DNA from: a virus
DNA length: 64,000 nt
Virus record (IMG/VR): IMGVR_UViG_3300045988_175002
Strand: one strand, 5' to 3'
Every line of letters starts with the position of its first letter. The stretch's first letter is position 1. The notes below the pieces were generated by a model, which was not told the DNA's origin, ran no database searches, and saw nothing but the letters and a program-made list of their open reading frames with translations. A program made the position numbers and the translations under genes. Shown one piece after another: positions 1-9,331 of this stretch.

Positions 1-350
1 AGCGGCAACAACTCTTCCGGCACTGTCACCAGAGGGAACCGTTCGTCCAGCAATTTCAATGCATATTCGACCAGCGAGGAACCGACCCCTCGATTTCGGA
101 AAGCCTTGAAAACATACAAGGTGCAAATCTTCCGTTCAGACGGATTTCTCTTGAGAACGCAAAACCCCGCCAACTCACCGTTTATGCGGGCTAAAAGAAT
201 CGCACGGCCTTTCCTTAATGAGGGGAGAACCGTGCGGTTGAACCAAATATCGAAGCCGGGATAATACGTTCGGATTGTCCCCGGAATGGGAATAGAAGCC
301 GCAGTGCCAGCGTCCCGAACTACACTAATCCTCAACGAACTCGAACACAT
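1..350 (-). CDS. GNAT-family N-acetyltransferase, 3' part runs off the window (partial)
   Basis: Manual minus-strand translation gives ...AILLARINGELAGFCVLKRNPSERKICTLYVFKAFRNRGVGSSLVEYALKLLDERFP. This matches the GNAT motif A (R-x-x-G-x-G/A) and the preceding beta-strand. The start is an ATG near 348-350 and the ORF is open to position 1. It is absent from the ORF track because it is truncated. Confidence 0.4.
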   Translation of the reverse strand, partial: MCSSSLRISVVRDAGTAASIPIPGTIRTYYPGFDIWFNRTVLPSLRKGRAILLARINGELAGFCVLKRNPSERKICTLYVFKAFRNRGVGSSLVEYALKLLDERFPLVTVPEELLP

Positions 351-570
351 GAAAATCCGTCACACGCTCGACGTTGACATGACTCGTATCATCCGGCCAA
401 ATATATAAGACCGGCATGTAACCGGACAGTTCACGAACTGCGAGATTGCTGAAACCGTCCAAGTAGAGGGTTCCGGCCATGGGTTTGCCGTTCCATTTGA
501 ATATCGCGGACTTGCCTTCGAATTCTTTCCAGTTGATTCCGTCTTGATAGGGAAGTTCTTTTAAGGCCAT
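325..570 (-). CDS. hypothetical protein (81 aa)
   Basis: ORF with an ATG start and an AAGGAAAA Shine-Dalgarno 7 nt upstream. No recognisable motif. Confidence 0.4.
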   Translation of the reverse strand: MALKELPYQDGINWKEFEGKSAIFKWNGKPMAGTLYLDGFSNLAVRELSGYMPVLYIWPDDTSHVNVERVTDFHVFEFVED

Positions 571-650
571 TGGTTTTCCTTTTTTGGTGTGGGCTATCTC
601 ACTCTAACACAACAGGGTAGTGCAAAGAACGAAAAACCACCTTCCCACAC

Positions 651-866
651 TTAGAATTCCGGCTCCTCAACATTCAGCAACACCAGTCTAGGACGGCGGC
701 GAAGAATCCTACAATCCTCGTCCCAAGCATCCAGAATCTCGCAAGCCAACACGGGCGCTTCCGAATCAAGAGTAGGCGTGGTACGCAGAATCGACTGGAT
801 GTTATCCAAGTCTGCGGATGGGAGTTCAGTCGCGTCATTAGCCGCGTCCAACAAGTAATGGGGCAT
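651..866 (-). CDS. hypothetical acidic protein (~71 aa)
   Basis: ORF with an internal ATG (MPHYLL) preceded by a GGAAGGAG Shine-Dalgarno. The upstream alternative start is less likely. Confidence 0.4.
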   Translation of the reverse strand: MPHYLLDAANDATELPSADLDNIQSILRTTPTLDSEAPVLACEILDAWDEDCRILRRRPRLVLLNVEEPEF

Positions 867-932
867 TCGCGCTCCTTCCAAAAATTGAGACGAGAATGCC
901 CGTGGAAGTCGTTTTCCACGGGCATTCTGGTA

Positions 933-1262
933 TCATCTACTGACTTCGTGAAGTTCTAGAACTTCGTTTAGTCCCTCAAGGCAATCGTCCTCAATAGTAG
1001 TGCTACCCCAGACGTTTTCCCACCACTCGTCCAAGAATTGTGGCACGCTCATGTCGAACTTCTTGAGGGTTTCGGCTGTGATGTCAGCATCCGCCAAAGA
1101 CTCCTCGTCCAAATAGGCGATTGTTCTTGGGGCTACCGCATACTTGTCGGGGTTGGTGTCGAGTCGTTTCAGGAAAGCCAATACGGTTTCCTTGTCATGC
1201 TCGTTCAGTTCAGGGTCGTTTTTGGCTGAGGTGGTCAGATACTCATAGTAGTCGCTGTTCAT
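933..1262 (-). CDS. hypothetical acidic protein (109 aa)
   Basis: ATG start with a GGAGAAAAATG ribosome-binding site. A hairpin at 888-921 follows the gene. Confidence 0.5.
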   Translation of the reverse strand: MNSDYYEYLTTSAKNDPELNEHDKETVLAFLKRLDTNPDKYAVAPRTIAYLDEESLADADITAETLKKFDMSVPQFLDEWWENVWGSTTIEDDCLEGLNEVLELHEVSR

Positions 1263-1299
1263 TTTTCTCCTTTTGGTCTAACGTTTTTTGACGTGGGAG

Positions 1300-1464
1300 C
1301 TAGTCATTGCTCCAGTCGGTATTGCGTATGCCGAATTCGTTTCGTTTCGTGGATTGCGGGTTCCAAGCGCTACCGGCGTCCCATCCGTTATGAGTGGAAC
1401 GGTTGTTCTTGTGAGTGTTGTTTTTATTGGGACTGTCGGTTGCTACCCAGTCGTGGTTACTCAT
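1300..1464 (-). CDS. hypothetical small protein (54 aa, N/H-rich)
   Basis: Internal ATG with an AAAGG ribosome-binding site. Co-oriented in the M1 transcription unit. Confidence 0.3.
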   Translation of the reverse strand: MSNHDWVATDSPNKNNTHKNNRSTHNGWDAGSAWNPQSTKRNEFGIRNTDWSND

Positions 1465-1475
1465 TCGTGAACCTT

Positions 1476-1730
1476 TCAGGCGAACACTTTCACGGACTGG
1501 AATTCTTCGCCCATTTCGTTGCCGGATTCGCATTGGTTGACAATAACCCATGGTTTGACGCCGGGGAGGTGGAGGCTATCGATTCTCACGTACATGTCGG
1601 GTTGTGCCGTGCGATATTCCAGTATGCCTTCGATGGTTTCACCGGTTTTGGTGACTGCGATGCACTTGTGGCCTTCCAAGTTTTGGGGGAGAGTGTTGTG
1701 CCAGTTGATTTCTGTGGTGGTGTTGCTCAT
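1476..1730 (-). CDS. hypothetical protein (84 aa)
   Basis: ATG at 1728-1730 with a GGAGAAAAATG ribosome-binding site. Lies 31 nt downstream of promoter-motif copy M1. Confidence 0.5.
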   Translation of the reverse strand: MSNTTTEINWHNTLPQNLEGHKCIAVTKTGETIEGILEYRTAQPDMYVRIDSLHLPGVKPWVIVNQCESGNEMGEEFQSVKVFA

Positions 1731-1760
1731 TTTTCTCCTTAGTAGGATGCAACTTCTTGC

Positions 1761-1781
1761 TGTGTGAACAATTCCAGTATA
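1761..1781 (-). promoter_or_regulatory. conserved promoter/operator-like motif copy M1
   Basis: The plus strand reads tgtgtgaacaattccagtata. The minus strand reads TATACTGGAATTGTTCACACA, with TATACT as a -10-like hexamer. Confidence 0.55.
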
Positions 1782-1851
1782 TATGATATTAGCGCAAAAC
1801 ACAATCCGATAGAACAATAAGGAAGCGTAGAAACGGTAGTCTTCCAATTTC

Positions 1852-2226
1852 TCAATAGCAGTTATCGCACCAGCTGGTATCACCGCAAAGGTTCTCGTTC
1901 TCCTCGCTGAGAAGGCAACCGCAACCGCTGCAATACATGCAGGCTGGATTGTCGGACGAAGTGAAAGAACCTTCCTTGACAATGTTTCCAGCCAAGTCGG
2001 TGATGGTGTAGATTGCCCGAGTGTCGGCTTCCGGTGCGGGATAGCCGGACATGCCTAGAATCCTGTTGTACACGTTCGTCAGTAGAGTGCGAACGTTTCC
2101 CACCTGACGAGTCCCATTCACAATGGGAGCCGTCAAATGGTCGAAGAATTCTACCGTCGTATCCCACGAATGCTGACCTTCGTGGATTTTAATTTCCAGC
2201 TTTTCCTTGCCGTCCGTGAATCGCAT
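1852..2226 (-). CDS. hypothetical Cys-rich protein (124 aa, C-terminal CxxC...CxxC)
   Basis: ATG with an AGGAAAA ribosome-binding site. The C-terminal CMYCSGCGC...CDNCY suggests a metal-binding ribbon. Confidence 0.45.
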   Translation of the reverse strand: MRFTDGKEKLEIKIHEGQHSWDTTVEFFDHLTAPIVNGTRQVGNVRTLLTNVYNRILGMSGYPAPEADTRAIYTITDLAGNIVKEGSFTSSDNPACMYCSGCGCLLSEENENLCGDTSWCDNCY

Positions 2227-2236
2227 TTTCGTTTTC

Positions 2237-2599
2237 CTACAATTCCCTCATGGCCTTGTCTAAATCGGACACAATCGCGTCATACAGTCCGTCAACATCC
2301 AACGATTCCAGCTTATGCGACGGCAAATCCACGGGAGTGCATTCCCCGTCATCGAAAATCCAGTGTGCGGACGGAACCGTGTATACTCCGCCACGCCAAC
2401 GGTAGGAGCGTCTGCCGTCTCGTTGTGAGTCGGCTACCAGATAGTATTCGACCTGCTTGCCCATGTAACGGTGTTGGAATGCGACTTCGATTCCGTCTCC
2501 GAAGATGGCTCGGGTTGCGTGTGCGCCGGTCACGTAGGGGATTCTGACGAGTTTGTCGATGAGTTTCCGATAGGTGTCTTCGCTGATTTTCGAGTACAT
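2237..2599 (-). CDS. hypothetical protein (120 aa)
   Basis: ATG start. Lies in the operon with 2646..2903. Confidence 0.5.
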   Translation of the reverse strand: MYSKISEDTYRKLIDKLVRIPYVTGAHATRAIFGDGIEVAFQHRYMGKQVEYYLVADSQRDGRRSYRWRGGVYTVPSAHWIFDDGECTPVDLPSHKLESLDVDGLYDAIVSDLDKAMREL

Positions 2600-2645
2600 T
2601 CTGATTGTCCTTTTTCGTGTGGTTGGTTTTTGTGGCGATTGTTTT

Positions 2646-2903
2646 TCAGCAACAGTATTCGTTGACTGCGTTGACGAGTTCAGCCATGCTCATGCTGTAT
2701 ACGTCGCTGTGGTGGGCGTAGACGTCTTTTGCGAAGAGTCTGTTTTGCATGATGGTGCGGGCTTCGGCGCTTTGTGCGAGTTTCACACTTTCGGGGAATG
2801 TGCCTGTGGGGTTGTCGTTGATTTGTTTGGCGTATTCGACTGCTTGTTTTTTGGGCATTTTCTTGACGTTGATTGCGCCGCCGATGTAGTGGATTGCGTA
2901 CAT
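2646..2903 (-). CDS. hypothetical protein (85 aa)
   Basis: ATG at 2901-2903. Lies 28 nt downstream of motif copy M2. Confidence 0.5.
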   Translation of the reverse strand: MYAIHYIGGAINVKKMPKKQAVEYAKQINDNPTGTFPESVKLAQSAEARTIMQNRLFAKDVYAHHSDVYSMSMAELVNAVNEYCC

Positions 2904-2930
2904 GTTATGTGCTCCTTTTGCCTATCGCTC

Positions 2931-2953
2931 TTTGTGTGAACAATTCCACTATA
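2931..2953 (-). promoter_or_regulatory. conserved promoter/operator-like motif copy M2
   Basis: The plus strand reads ttgtgtgaacaattccactata. The minus strand has TGCTATAGT, an extended -10-like sequence. Confidence 0.5.
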
Positions 2954-2980
2954 GCACACTTGAGAGAAACCGCAAAACCC

Positions 2981-3020
2981 CAAAAAACAAAAGCGGGACA
3001 CCAAAAACAGCGTCCCGCTT
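2981..3020 (-). terminator. rho-independent terminator (minus-strand)
   Basis: The stem is agcgggac/gtcccgct. On the minus strand it is followed by TTTGTTTTTT. It lies just downstream of the 3036..3269 ORF. Confidence 0.5.
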
Positions 3021-3035
3021 CTCCTCCGTCAAACC

Positions 3036-3269
3036 TCAATCGGACAAACCGGCACGGGCACGCATCTTGCGTTTAATCTCACTACCCTTGGCGAACAGGC
3101 GCTCCATACGAGCCACGGTCTGCAACGCCTTCTTATACTCCTCCAATCGAGAAGAGATTCGCCAATTACGAGGTTCCGCCAATGGTGCCGACAGGACGCG
3201 GATGGTTTCGTCTTCGCTTTTTACCCAATGCTCGAAGCAGAGTCTATCGGCCAGCTTGTTTTCCACCAT
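3036..3269 (-). CDS. hypothetical protein (77 aa)
   Basis: ORF adjacent to the IS605-like end. It has a weak ribosome-binding site and could instead be IS-flanking sequence. Confidence 0.3.
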   Translation of the reverse strand: MVENKLADRLCFEHWVKSEDETIRVLSAPLAEPRNWRISSRLEEYKKALQTVARMERLFAKGSEIKRKMRARAGLSD

Positions 3270-3301
3270 GTAGCGGATAACGTCATGAACTACCGTGAGG
3301 C

Positions 3302-4624
3302 TTAAGCCGTCACGGTTTCCTGTTTCGCTGAACGCATGGAGAACATACGCAGATTGTCCGCGTATGACTCCGATGCGTTCTCCACAGGCTTGTATTCCCC
3401 TTGTTCCGAGGGTATTTTGTCTGAATATTTCGATTGTCCCATCCAGACCATGGTTTGAGCGGCTTTGACGTCTCTTGGGGCTTTATATCCGCAGTAGGCG
3501 CATTTGTATGTGCGCTGTTTGAGTGGGATTTTGGTTTTCTTGCCGCAGGTGGGGCACAGTTGTGTGGTCGGCTCCCATTTGGAAAGCGTCACCACCTGAC
3601 TTGTATGACGTGCGAGCCGGTTCTTAACGCGGCCAAGGACACTGTGTTGGGTTTTGCGTCCATAACGACGTTGCCAAGCCTTAACCTGTTCATCCTGCAT
3701 AAAGACAATCTCATTGCGCAACAATTCGGCTGTTATCTTGTTCGCGGCGTCATTGAGACGATTCTGCTGTCTCATATATGCCAAACGGATTCTCATACGA
3801 TTACGCCGACGGTTGTTCGACCCCTTTTTCTTACGGTTCAGTTTTCGCTGTTCCCGCTTGAGGCGGTCGGTTTCTCCAACCATGACATCGTATTCCGTTC
3901 CGTCAGAACATGTTATGGCGGTTTCCACGCCCATGTCCAGTCCGATGACGGTGTTCTTCACCGGCGCGAGTTTTTTGGCTTCACGCCTTTTGTTGTATTC
4001 CTCCTTATCCATATAGCATGTGACATGCAAGTGCCATCCATCCGCCTCACTGGTGAGAACGGCTTTCGCTTGTTCCCAGCCTTCCAATTGTTTGACGCCA
4101 CGCACACGAACCCAGCCGGGAATATTCTGGATTCTCGCCTTTTGTCCACGTATGCGATAAGTGGTCTCCGGTTGCGGAAGCCCAAGAGACCTGACTTCGT
4201 TGGTGAATCCAACATTGCCGACCTTGCGCCCTTGCTTTTTGAGGGTGGCGAGCGTCTTGATGTTGGAACGGATGGTTTTGACCAAAGACTGCTTCATCTG
4301 CGAGCCAAGCGTCCGGTACTCGCGTTCGTCCATCATGCCGTCCTTGGTTTTCACGAGGACGTTTTTCCTTGGCTTGTAGGAGAGCGGGTCTCCGCTGGCT
4401 ATGCATTCGTTCCACAGCCATTTCGCTTCCAAGAACACGCGGACCAGTGCCTCACGCTGGGTGTGGGATAGTTTGTTGCCCACGATTTTCAAATCGAATG
4501 TGGAGCAGGTCTGCGTTTTCCTTTTGGCTTTGGTCGCCTTGATGGATTCTCTGATTCTGCGGTTCTTGTCCAGCCTTGCCTCTTCGGAGGTTCTGCGCGG
4601 CGAGCCGATGAGACTGACCGTCAT
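3302..4624 (-). CDS. tnpB: IS605 OrfB / TnpB-family RNA-guided endonuclease-like transposase accessory protein
   Basis: 440 aa. C-terminal zinc ribbon CPTCGKK...CAYCGYKAPRDVKAAQ, typical of TnpB/OrfB_Zn_ribbon. RuvC-like D/E residues are present and the overall organisation matches IS605 OrfB. Confidence 0.8.
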   Translation of the reverse strand: MTVSLIGSPRRTSEEARLDKNRRIRESIKATKAKRKTQTCSTFDLKIVGNKLSHTQREALVRVFLEAKWLWNECIASGDPLSYKPRKNVLVKTKDGMMDEREYRTLGSQMKQSLVKTIRSNIKTLATLKKQGRKVGNVGFTNEVRSLGLPQPETTYRIRGQKARIQNIPGWVRVRGVKQLEGWEQAKAVLTSEADGWHLHVTCYMDKEEYNKRREAKKLAPVKNTVIGLDMGVETAITCSDGTEYDVMVGETDRLKREQRKLNRKKKGSNNRRRNRMRIRLAYMRQQNRLNDAANKITAELLRNEIVFMQDEQVKAWQRRYGRKTQHSVLGRVKNRLARHTSQVVTLSKWEPTTQLCPTCGKKTKIPLKQRTYKCAYCGYKAPRDVKAAQTMVWMGQSKYSDKIPSEQGEYKPVENASESYADNLRMFSMRSAKQETVTA

Positions 4625-4676
4625 GCTAACACCTCCGAATCTGCTAGACTGCTGTTAGCATGATTATAGCATAGAG

Positions 4677-5159
4677 GTGCGAGACATGGACTCCAACGAA
4701 TACAAACCCAAAGCGTCAGCGAAGGTACGAACCAGATACCATATCGTGCTGGTCACAAAATACCGCAAGCGTGCCCTTGAGGGGATAGAGGAAGACGCCA
4801 TTGCCAGCATCCGCGAAGCCGAACAGCGCTCACGGTTCACAATCCACCGAATCAACACAGGCGACGGAAACCATGTACACATGCTCGTCAGTGTCCCACC
4901 AGACGAAACCATCAGCGGAACCGTCAGCCGAATCAAACAACTCACCACACATGAACTATGGGGCAAGCACCCCGACCATCTCAGACGCTACTACTGGGGA
5001 AAGCACCATAAGCTATGGTCTGCGGGATACTATTGCGAAACCGTGGGAAGAAACAGCGAGAGCATAATCGAACGCTACATAGACGAACAACAACAGGCAG
5101 GGCGATTCATCCGCGACACTGAAGATGACGCGGCTTTCTCGCCAAAACAAAAAAGGTAA
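4677..5159 (+). CDS. tnpA: IS200-family Y1 (HuH) transposase TnpA
   Basis: 160 aa. HVHMLVSVPP is the HuH motif. Conserved Y, YIxxQ and a ~150-aa size are typical of IS200 TnpA. Confidence 0.85.
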   Translation: MRDMDSNEYKPKASAKVRTRYHIVLVTKYRKRALEGIEEDAIASIREAEQRSRFTIHRINTGDGNHVHMLVSVPPDETISGTVSRIKQLTTHELWGKHPDHLRRYYWGKHHKLWSAGYYCETVGRNSESIIERYIDEQQQAGRFIRDTEDDAAFSPKQKR

Positions 5160-5234
5160 ACGAGGTTGGCAGTCCACTTTTTGGTAAGACTGTTGATTGC
5201 GTCGTTGTCCATGGTTTCTCCTTCTCGGCATATC

Positions 5235-5256
5235 TTGTGTGAACAATTCCAGTATA
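5235..5256 (-). promoter_or_regulatory. conserved promoter/operator-like motif copy M3
   Basis: ttgtgtgaacaattccagtata. The downstream start codon at 5212 opens only a 46-codon ORF that runs into the IS605 end, so the cargo is probably disrupted by the IS. Confidence 0.5.
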
Positions 5257-5371
5257 GCCTAAGTTGAGATAAAACACAACACGCAACCAAGCCAAAACGA
5301 AGACGCAATCCCCGCCCATACGAAAAAAGGAATACGCCCACATGATTTTCCTGCGGGCGTATTCCCATGTT

Positions 5372-5680
5372 TTAGTTCAGAAGTCCGGAGCGATACAGAA
5401 TCCTGCGGATATTGATGCTGTGGACGAAAGCGGTGTCAGGCTGTCCAACGAAGTCGGCAAGCTGCTCGTCGGAGCAAGTCTCGTCAACGGCGGCATCCAA
5501 AACCACCTCGGTCGGAGAGTCGAACATCCTACAGCCGACGCCGTCATGCCCCTCAATGTGCTCGAACAAGGCGAAGTATGTCATGTTCTCGTCTGCAACA
5601 CGCAACATGACATAGGAGGTATTGCCGTTGTGGAAGATGTTGTAGTCTGCTGCGCCGAATCGTGCGAAATACTCGTTCAT
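5372..5680 (-). CDS. hypothetical protein (102 aa)
   Basis: ATG at 5678-5680 with an AGAGAAAGAG ribosome-binding site. Lies 21 nt downstream of motif M4. Confidence 0.5.
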   Translation of the reverse strand: MNEYFARFGAADYNIFHNGNTSYVMLRVADENMTYFALFEHIEGHDGVGCRMFDSPTEVVLDAAVDETCSDEQLADFVGQPDTAFVHSINIRRILYRSGLLN

Positions 5681-5700
5681 TTTGGCTCTTTCTCTCATAT

Positions 5701-5722
5701 TTGTGTGAACAATTCCAGTATA
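5701..5722 (-). promoter_or_regulatory. conserved promoter/operator-like motif copy M4
   Basis: ttgtgtgaacaattccagtata. The minus strand has TGCTATACT (extended -10-like). Confidence 0.55.
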
Positions 5723-5857
5723 GCATATTTGAGAGAAAGAGCAAAAACACAAAACACAAAAAGCCGCGCAAACGCAAAAGCATCCACACGACTCGATATT
5801 TTTTCACCACTATACGGAGGGCGGTGCGGTTCCCTCCGCCGCAGTAGGTGCTACCGA

Positions 5858-6154
5858 TTAGTCGTAGTCCGACGGTTCACCATTGACATAGTTCCAAAAC
5901 TGGTCGAAGGCATATTGCGCGGTATCCTCATACCGGCATGGCTTCGGCTGTGCGTTCTTTTCCTGCTCTTTCTGCTCTATCAACTGGTCTATTTGGCTTT
6001 GCTCATTGCGGTGCTGCCATGAAAGTGGTTCGTTGCCTTGGGCTAGGTTCTCATACACCGTGTATTCGTGCCCGCGATAGCTGTAGACAAGATAGACCAT
6101 ATGTGCGTCGTATCCGTGCCCGTAGTATTTTCTGATAAATGTCGCTTTTCGCAT
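5858..6154 (-). CDS. hypothetical protein (98 aa, Tyr/His-rich)
   Basis: ATG at 6152-6154, immediately after the stop of the upstream gene. Co-transcribed with 6166..7086. Confidence 0.45.
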   Translation of the reverse strand: MRKATFIRKYYGHGYDAHMVYLVYSYRGHEYTVYENLAQGNEPLSWQHRNEQSQIDQLIEQKEQEKNAQPKPCRYEDTAQYAFDQFWNYVNGEPSDYD

Positions 6155-6165
6155 TGCTATCCCTT

Positions 6166-7086
6166 TCAACCAATCTCGCGCTCGGCACGCTCCCAAATCT
6201 TCCGGCGAATCTCACTATCCTTGGAAAACATGGAGCCAAGCTCCAACACTTGACGGACGGCTTCGCGGTATTCCTCCAAACGGTCATGCAAGGCCATATA
6301 CGCGTCGCTTTCGAAAGCCTGATTGATGAACGAGTCCGGCATGTCACGCATGACCTTGACCAGCCTGTAACGTCCCACCTCGTCCGCGTTCTCCCAAGCG
6401 TTCATGACACGCTCACAAGTGGCCCACTGCGGCTTGCAGGCCAGCACATGCGCCACATCCTGCGGGTTAAGACGGGACAACACTTCATCCACCTTGCCGT
6501 CTTCGGTCAGAAGAGCCGCCTGAACGCGAATCTGACTGTTGGGATTGTCCAGCCAATGTTCGACACATTCCTTATCGAAGTTATGGTTATAGATAAGGGT
6601 TTTGACCACACGCTCGTCCGACTCCTCGAAGAAGAGGTGAGGGTCTGCGTTCTTTGCCGCCATGAGTCGAATCTGATAATCCTCGTCGTGGGACAAACCG
6701 TTCGACGTTTCCTTGTCGAGCTTGCTGAACTTGTTGAGCATTGTGGCCGCTTTCTTGCGAATCTCGGCGCTCCTGTCATGTAGGGCAACTTTGGATAGTT
6801 CCTTGACGGGTAGTTTCTTTTCGTCGTATACGCGCCAGTCGAAGTAGTAGTTACGGACTTTCAGGGGTAGTTCGGAGAGTTTGCCGGAGTTGAAATGCTG
6901 TCTGATGTTGGCGAGTTCATCTTCGCCTGTTTGGGTGAGAGTCCAGTCGCCCGTCTCGTTTTCCTGAATGAGTCCGGCTTTGGCGAGTTTGGTGATGTCG
7001 CGGTCGGGGAATACTCGGCGTTCGGGTTCGCGCTCGAATCGCATGAATTCGTAGACTGCGGTTTCGTTCCAGTTGATGTCGCTCAT
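6166..7086 (-). CDS. hypothetical protein with HEAT/PBS-lyase-like repeats (306 aa)
   Basis: ATG at 7084-7086 with a GGAGCAAAAAAATG ribosome-binding site. Repeated DxxxxIRxxAA segments suggest alpha-helical HEAT-like repeats. Confidence 0.5.
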   Translation of the reverse strand: MSDINWNETAVYEFMRFEREPERRVFPDRDITKLAKAGLIQENETGDWTLTQTGEDELANIRQHFNSGKLSELPLKVRNYYFDWRVYDEKKLPVKELSKVALHDRSAEIRKKAATMLNKFSKLDKETSNGLSHDEDYQIRLMAAKNADPHLFFEESDERVVKTLIYNHNFDKECVEHWLDNPNSQIRVQAALLTEDGKVDEVLSRLNPQDVAHVLACKPQWATCERVMNAWENADEVGRYRLVKVMRDMPDSFINQAFESDAYMALHDRLEEYREAVRQVLELGSMFSKDSEIRRKIWERAEREIG

Positions 7087-7112
7087 TTTTTTGCTCCTTG
7101 GCTTCCATATTT

Positions 7113-7134
7113 TTGTGTGAACAATTCCAGTATA
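7113..7134 (-). promoter_or_regulatory. conserved promoter/operator-like motif copy M5
   Basis: ttgtgtgaacaattccagtata; lies 27 nt upstream of the start at 7086. Confidence 0.55.
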
Positions 7135-7199
7135 CAATTTGCTTGGACAAAACACGCTACAAAACAAAAAGCGGGAACTACAGCAACAAGAGTGTGATT

Positions 7200-8690
7200 T
7201 CAGACAGTATTCTGTAGCACTGTCTGAATAATCTTGACCTCCGTCGGAGTCCCCCGCCTATGCGGTTTGTTGCGACATGGAGTAGCCCCACTCGTTTGGG
7301 CGTCGCCCACCAAATGATTGTCATGGTGGACGTATCGGTTCGCATGCTCATTGTTGAGTATGCGAACGATTTCCTGTTTGCGGATGGAACGCCAGCCATT
7401 CTCCCGAGAACGTCTCGAAAGAATATTGCGGCTTGCGTTGATGTCCGCGTGCAGGGTCGTTCCGCAGCATTTGCAACGGAACAAGTTTCTTGTCGGCCTA
7501 TTGTTCCTAGCCGTGTACCCGCAGTGGGAGCATTGTTGGCTGGTGTAGGCGGGATTGATTTCAGTAACGGTGACGCCGTCTAGTTCCTGAATACGTTTCA
7601 GTTTCGCTTCCACTGCGGCTCGACCGGTTCTGGTAAGCAACCGGTTCATCTTATGACTGAGATTCAGGTTACGGAAGTCAAGTTTTTCAACGACGATTTC
7701 CTTGACTTGTTCCTTGCTGAGCTGGTTGAACAGTCGTCCAATCTCATTCCGATAGTAGGCTCGTATGCGCCGTTGTAGATTACGGTATCTTCTAGACTTG
7801 GATGGTTTCACACCATTCTTCTGTAAGGCGCGAGTCAGTTCGATAAGCTCCGTGTCACGCTGTTTCAGCCAGTCGAACATTCGGGTGCCCAACAGTCGGC
7901 CATCGGATAGGGCGAACATGCAATCCATACCCCAGTCCAATCCCAACGTTTCGCCTTGGGTTCGTTTTTCTGCTTTAGGCAAGGTAGTAATCAGCTTTCC
8001 GTTGACACTGCCGTCCAAGTTGAAGCGAATGGTCAGATAGTTCGACAAGGTTTCATTGTTAAGGAAAAGATTCTCGTCCAGTTTACGGTCTGCGAGTATC
8101 GGCACGCGAACCGGCTTGCCGGATTCCAAAGTTGACACGACAGCCCAACGTTCGCACTTGGTGTTCTTCGCGTTCTCTATTCGGGCAATCTTGCCGTCCA
8201 TATCCATGGTTCGGCATTTCGATAAGTCTGGGATTCGGTTTCGACGACGTAGATGTTTCATCAACCAACGAGCCATATAGTGCGTTTTATCATCGGAGTG
8301 CTCATACCATGCGTATCGCAGGTTGATTTCGTACAGGTCACGTTTAAGATTGTCTTCCAAAGTGGAATGGTATACGAGACTACGAAACTCATTCTGACGG
8401 TTCGTCAGCCATGAATCGAAGGTGGCTTTCGCTTGACGGGATACGGAATCCCATTGCCGTTGGGACAAATAGTCAGGAAAGGTTTTAGTGCTCTGCCATG
8501 TGGATAGGCTACCGGTCTCGAACAGTTCACGACACCACTGATTCAGGGAATAGGTTAATCCTTTACGCCATATCGGAAGCAGTCGAAACAGCTTATCCAA
8601 CTTGCCATGATTCATCGGCAATGCCACGCCGTAGGATTTGTGCGCCACACCGGTTTTCATACCACGACGGTATCTACTTGTCGGCATTAT
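7200..8690 (-). CDS. tnpB: TnpB/OrfB-family protein of IS607-type element
   Basis: C-terminal CSHCGYTARNNRPTRNLFRCKCCGTTLHADINASRNI zinc ribbon typical of TnpB. The likely start MPTSRYRR overlaps the tnpA 3' end. The track ORF is extended upstream to 8756. Confidence 0.75.
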   Translation of the reverse strand: MMPTSRYRRGMKTGVAHKSYGVALPMNHGKLDKLFRLLPIWRKGLTYSLNQWCRELFETGSLSTWQSTKTFPDYLSQRQWDSVSRQAKATFDSWLTNRQNEFRSLVYHSTLEDNLKRDLYEINLRYAWYEHSDDKTHYMARWLMKHLRRRNRIPDLSKCRTMDMDGKIARIENAKNTKCERWAVVSTLESGKPVRVPILADRKLDENLFLNNETLSNYLTIRFNLDGSVNGKLITTLPKAEKRTQGETLGLDWGMDCMFALSDGRLLGTRMFDWLKQRDTELIELTRALQKNGVKPSKSRRYRNLQRRIRAYYRNEIGRLFNQLSKEQVKEIVVEKLDFRNLNLSHKMNRLLTRTGRAAVEAKLKRIQELDGVTVTEINPAYTSQQCSHCGYTARNNRPTRNLFRCKCCGTTLHADINASRNILSRRSRENGWRSIRKQEIVRILNNEHANRYVHHDNHLVGDAQTSGATPCRNKPHRRGTPTEVKIIQTVLQNTV

Positions 8691-9252
8691 CATCCTCCAC
8701 CATAGCGGCCATTGCGCGTGCGCGTTGAGACCTGCGTTGCCCGTACAGGCGCGCACTGAACGAGTAGATTATCGACACGAAATCCTGAATCAGGTCGGCA
8801 CGGTCATCGGAGGCTTCGTTCACTACGACTATCTTTCGTCCGTCACGTTCAATGAATAGACGGAACCATTCAAAGCCGAAACGGGTCAGCCTGTCCTTAT
8901 GCTCTACTATCAGGGTGCCCCAATCGTCGCGTTTGAGCAATGAGGTGAGCCGACGTCTCTTGTCGTTTAATCCGGAACCCACTTCAGTAACGGACGCAAC
9001 CACTCGATAACCATTAGCAACAGCCCACTCCTCCATGCGCTTCTGCTGGTCAGGGAGTTGGGTTTTACGTTTCGACGGGTCGGAGACACGGGCATAAATG
9101 GCGGCATCATTGAGTTTGACCGCGCTCTCGTCCGGCACGATGATGGTGCCGGACTCATCCTGCCAAGCGCCGGGTATCTTACCAGCCTTGAACCTGTTCC
9201 ACGCGGCACGGTATTGGATACCGTGCTTGGCCGCGTACTCCGATAACTTCAT
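8674..9252 (-). CDS. tnpA: IS607-family serine recombinase TnpA (MerR-like HTH + resolvase catalytic domain)
   Basis: 192 aa. An N-terminal HTH (KLSEYAAKHGIQYRAAWNRFKAGKIPGA) is followed by AAIYARVSDPSKR, which contains the serine-recombinase catalytic Ser motif. Confidence 0.8.
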   Translation of the reverse strand: MKLSEYAAKHGIQYRAAWNRFKAGKIPGAWQDESGTIIVPDESAVKLNDAAIYARVSDPSKRKTQLPDQQKRMEEWAVANGYRVVASVTEVGSGLNDKRRRLTSLLKRDDWGTLIVEHKDRLTRFGFEWFRLFIERDGRKIVVVNEASDDRADLIQDFVSIIYSFSARLYGQRRSQRARAMAAMVEDDNADK

Positions 9253-9331
9253 ACTTCCATGATACTATAGAATACTAGAAAAAGCCAGTAAATCAGAAAC
9301 TAGTTGCGAGACCATATCCCCGCAAATCCAA

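Larger units (their letters stand above)
3270..5215. mobile_element. IS200/IS605-family insertion sequence (divergent tnpA/tnpB), copy 1
   Basis: A TnpB-like ORF and a Y1 HuH TnpA ORF lie back to back. Candidate subterminal hairpins occur at 3277-3297 (ccgtga...tcacgg) and 5170-5192 (cagtc...gactg). Exact ends are not determined. Confidence 0.6.
7140..9325. mobile_element. IS607-family insertion sequence (serine-recombinase tnpA + tnpB)
   Basis: Overlapping co-oriented genes: a small serine recombinase with a MerR-like N-terminal HTH, followed by a TnpB-like ORF. Ends are not mapped. Confidence 0.6.

Noticed and set aside
3434-4471. 345-aa plus-strand ORF and other ORFs (3958..4215, 4047..4421) inside tnpB copy 1
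   Set aside because: Antisense or alternative-frame ORFs within a TnpB gene that has a clear zinc-ribbon signature. They have no independent support.
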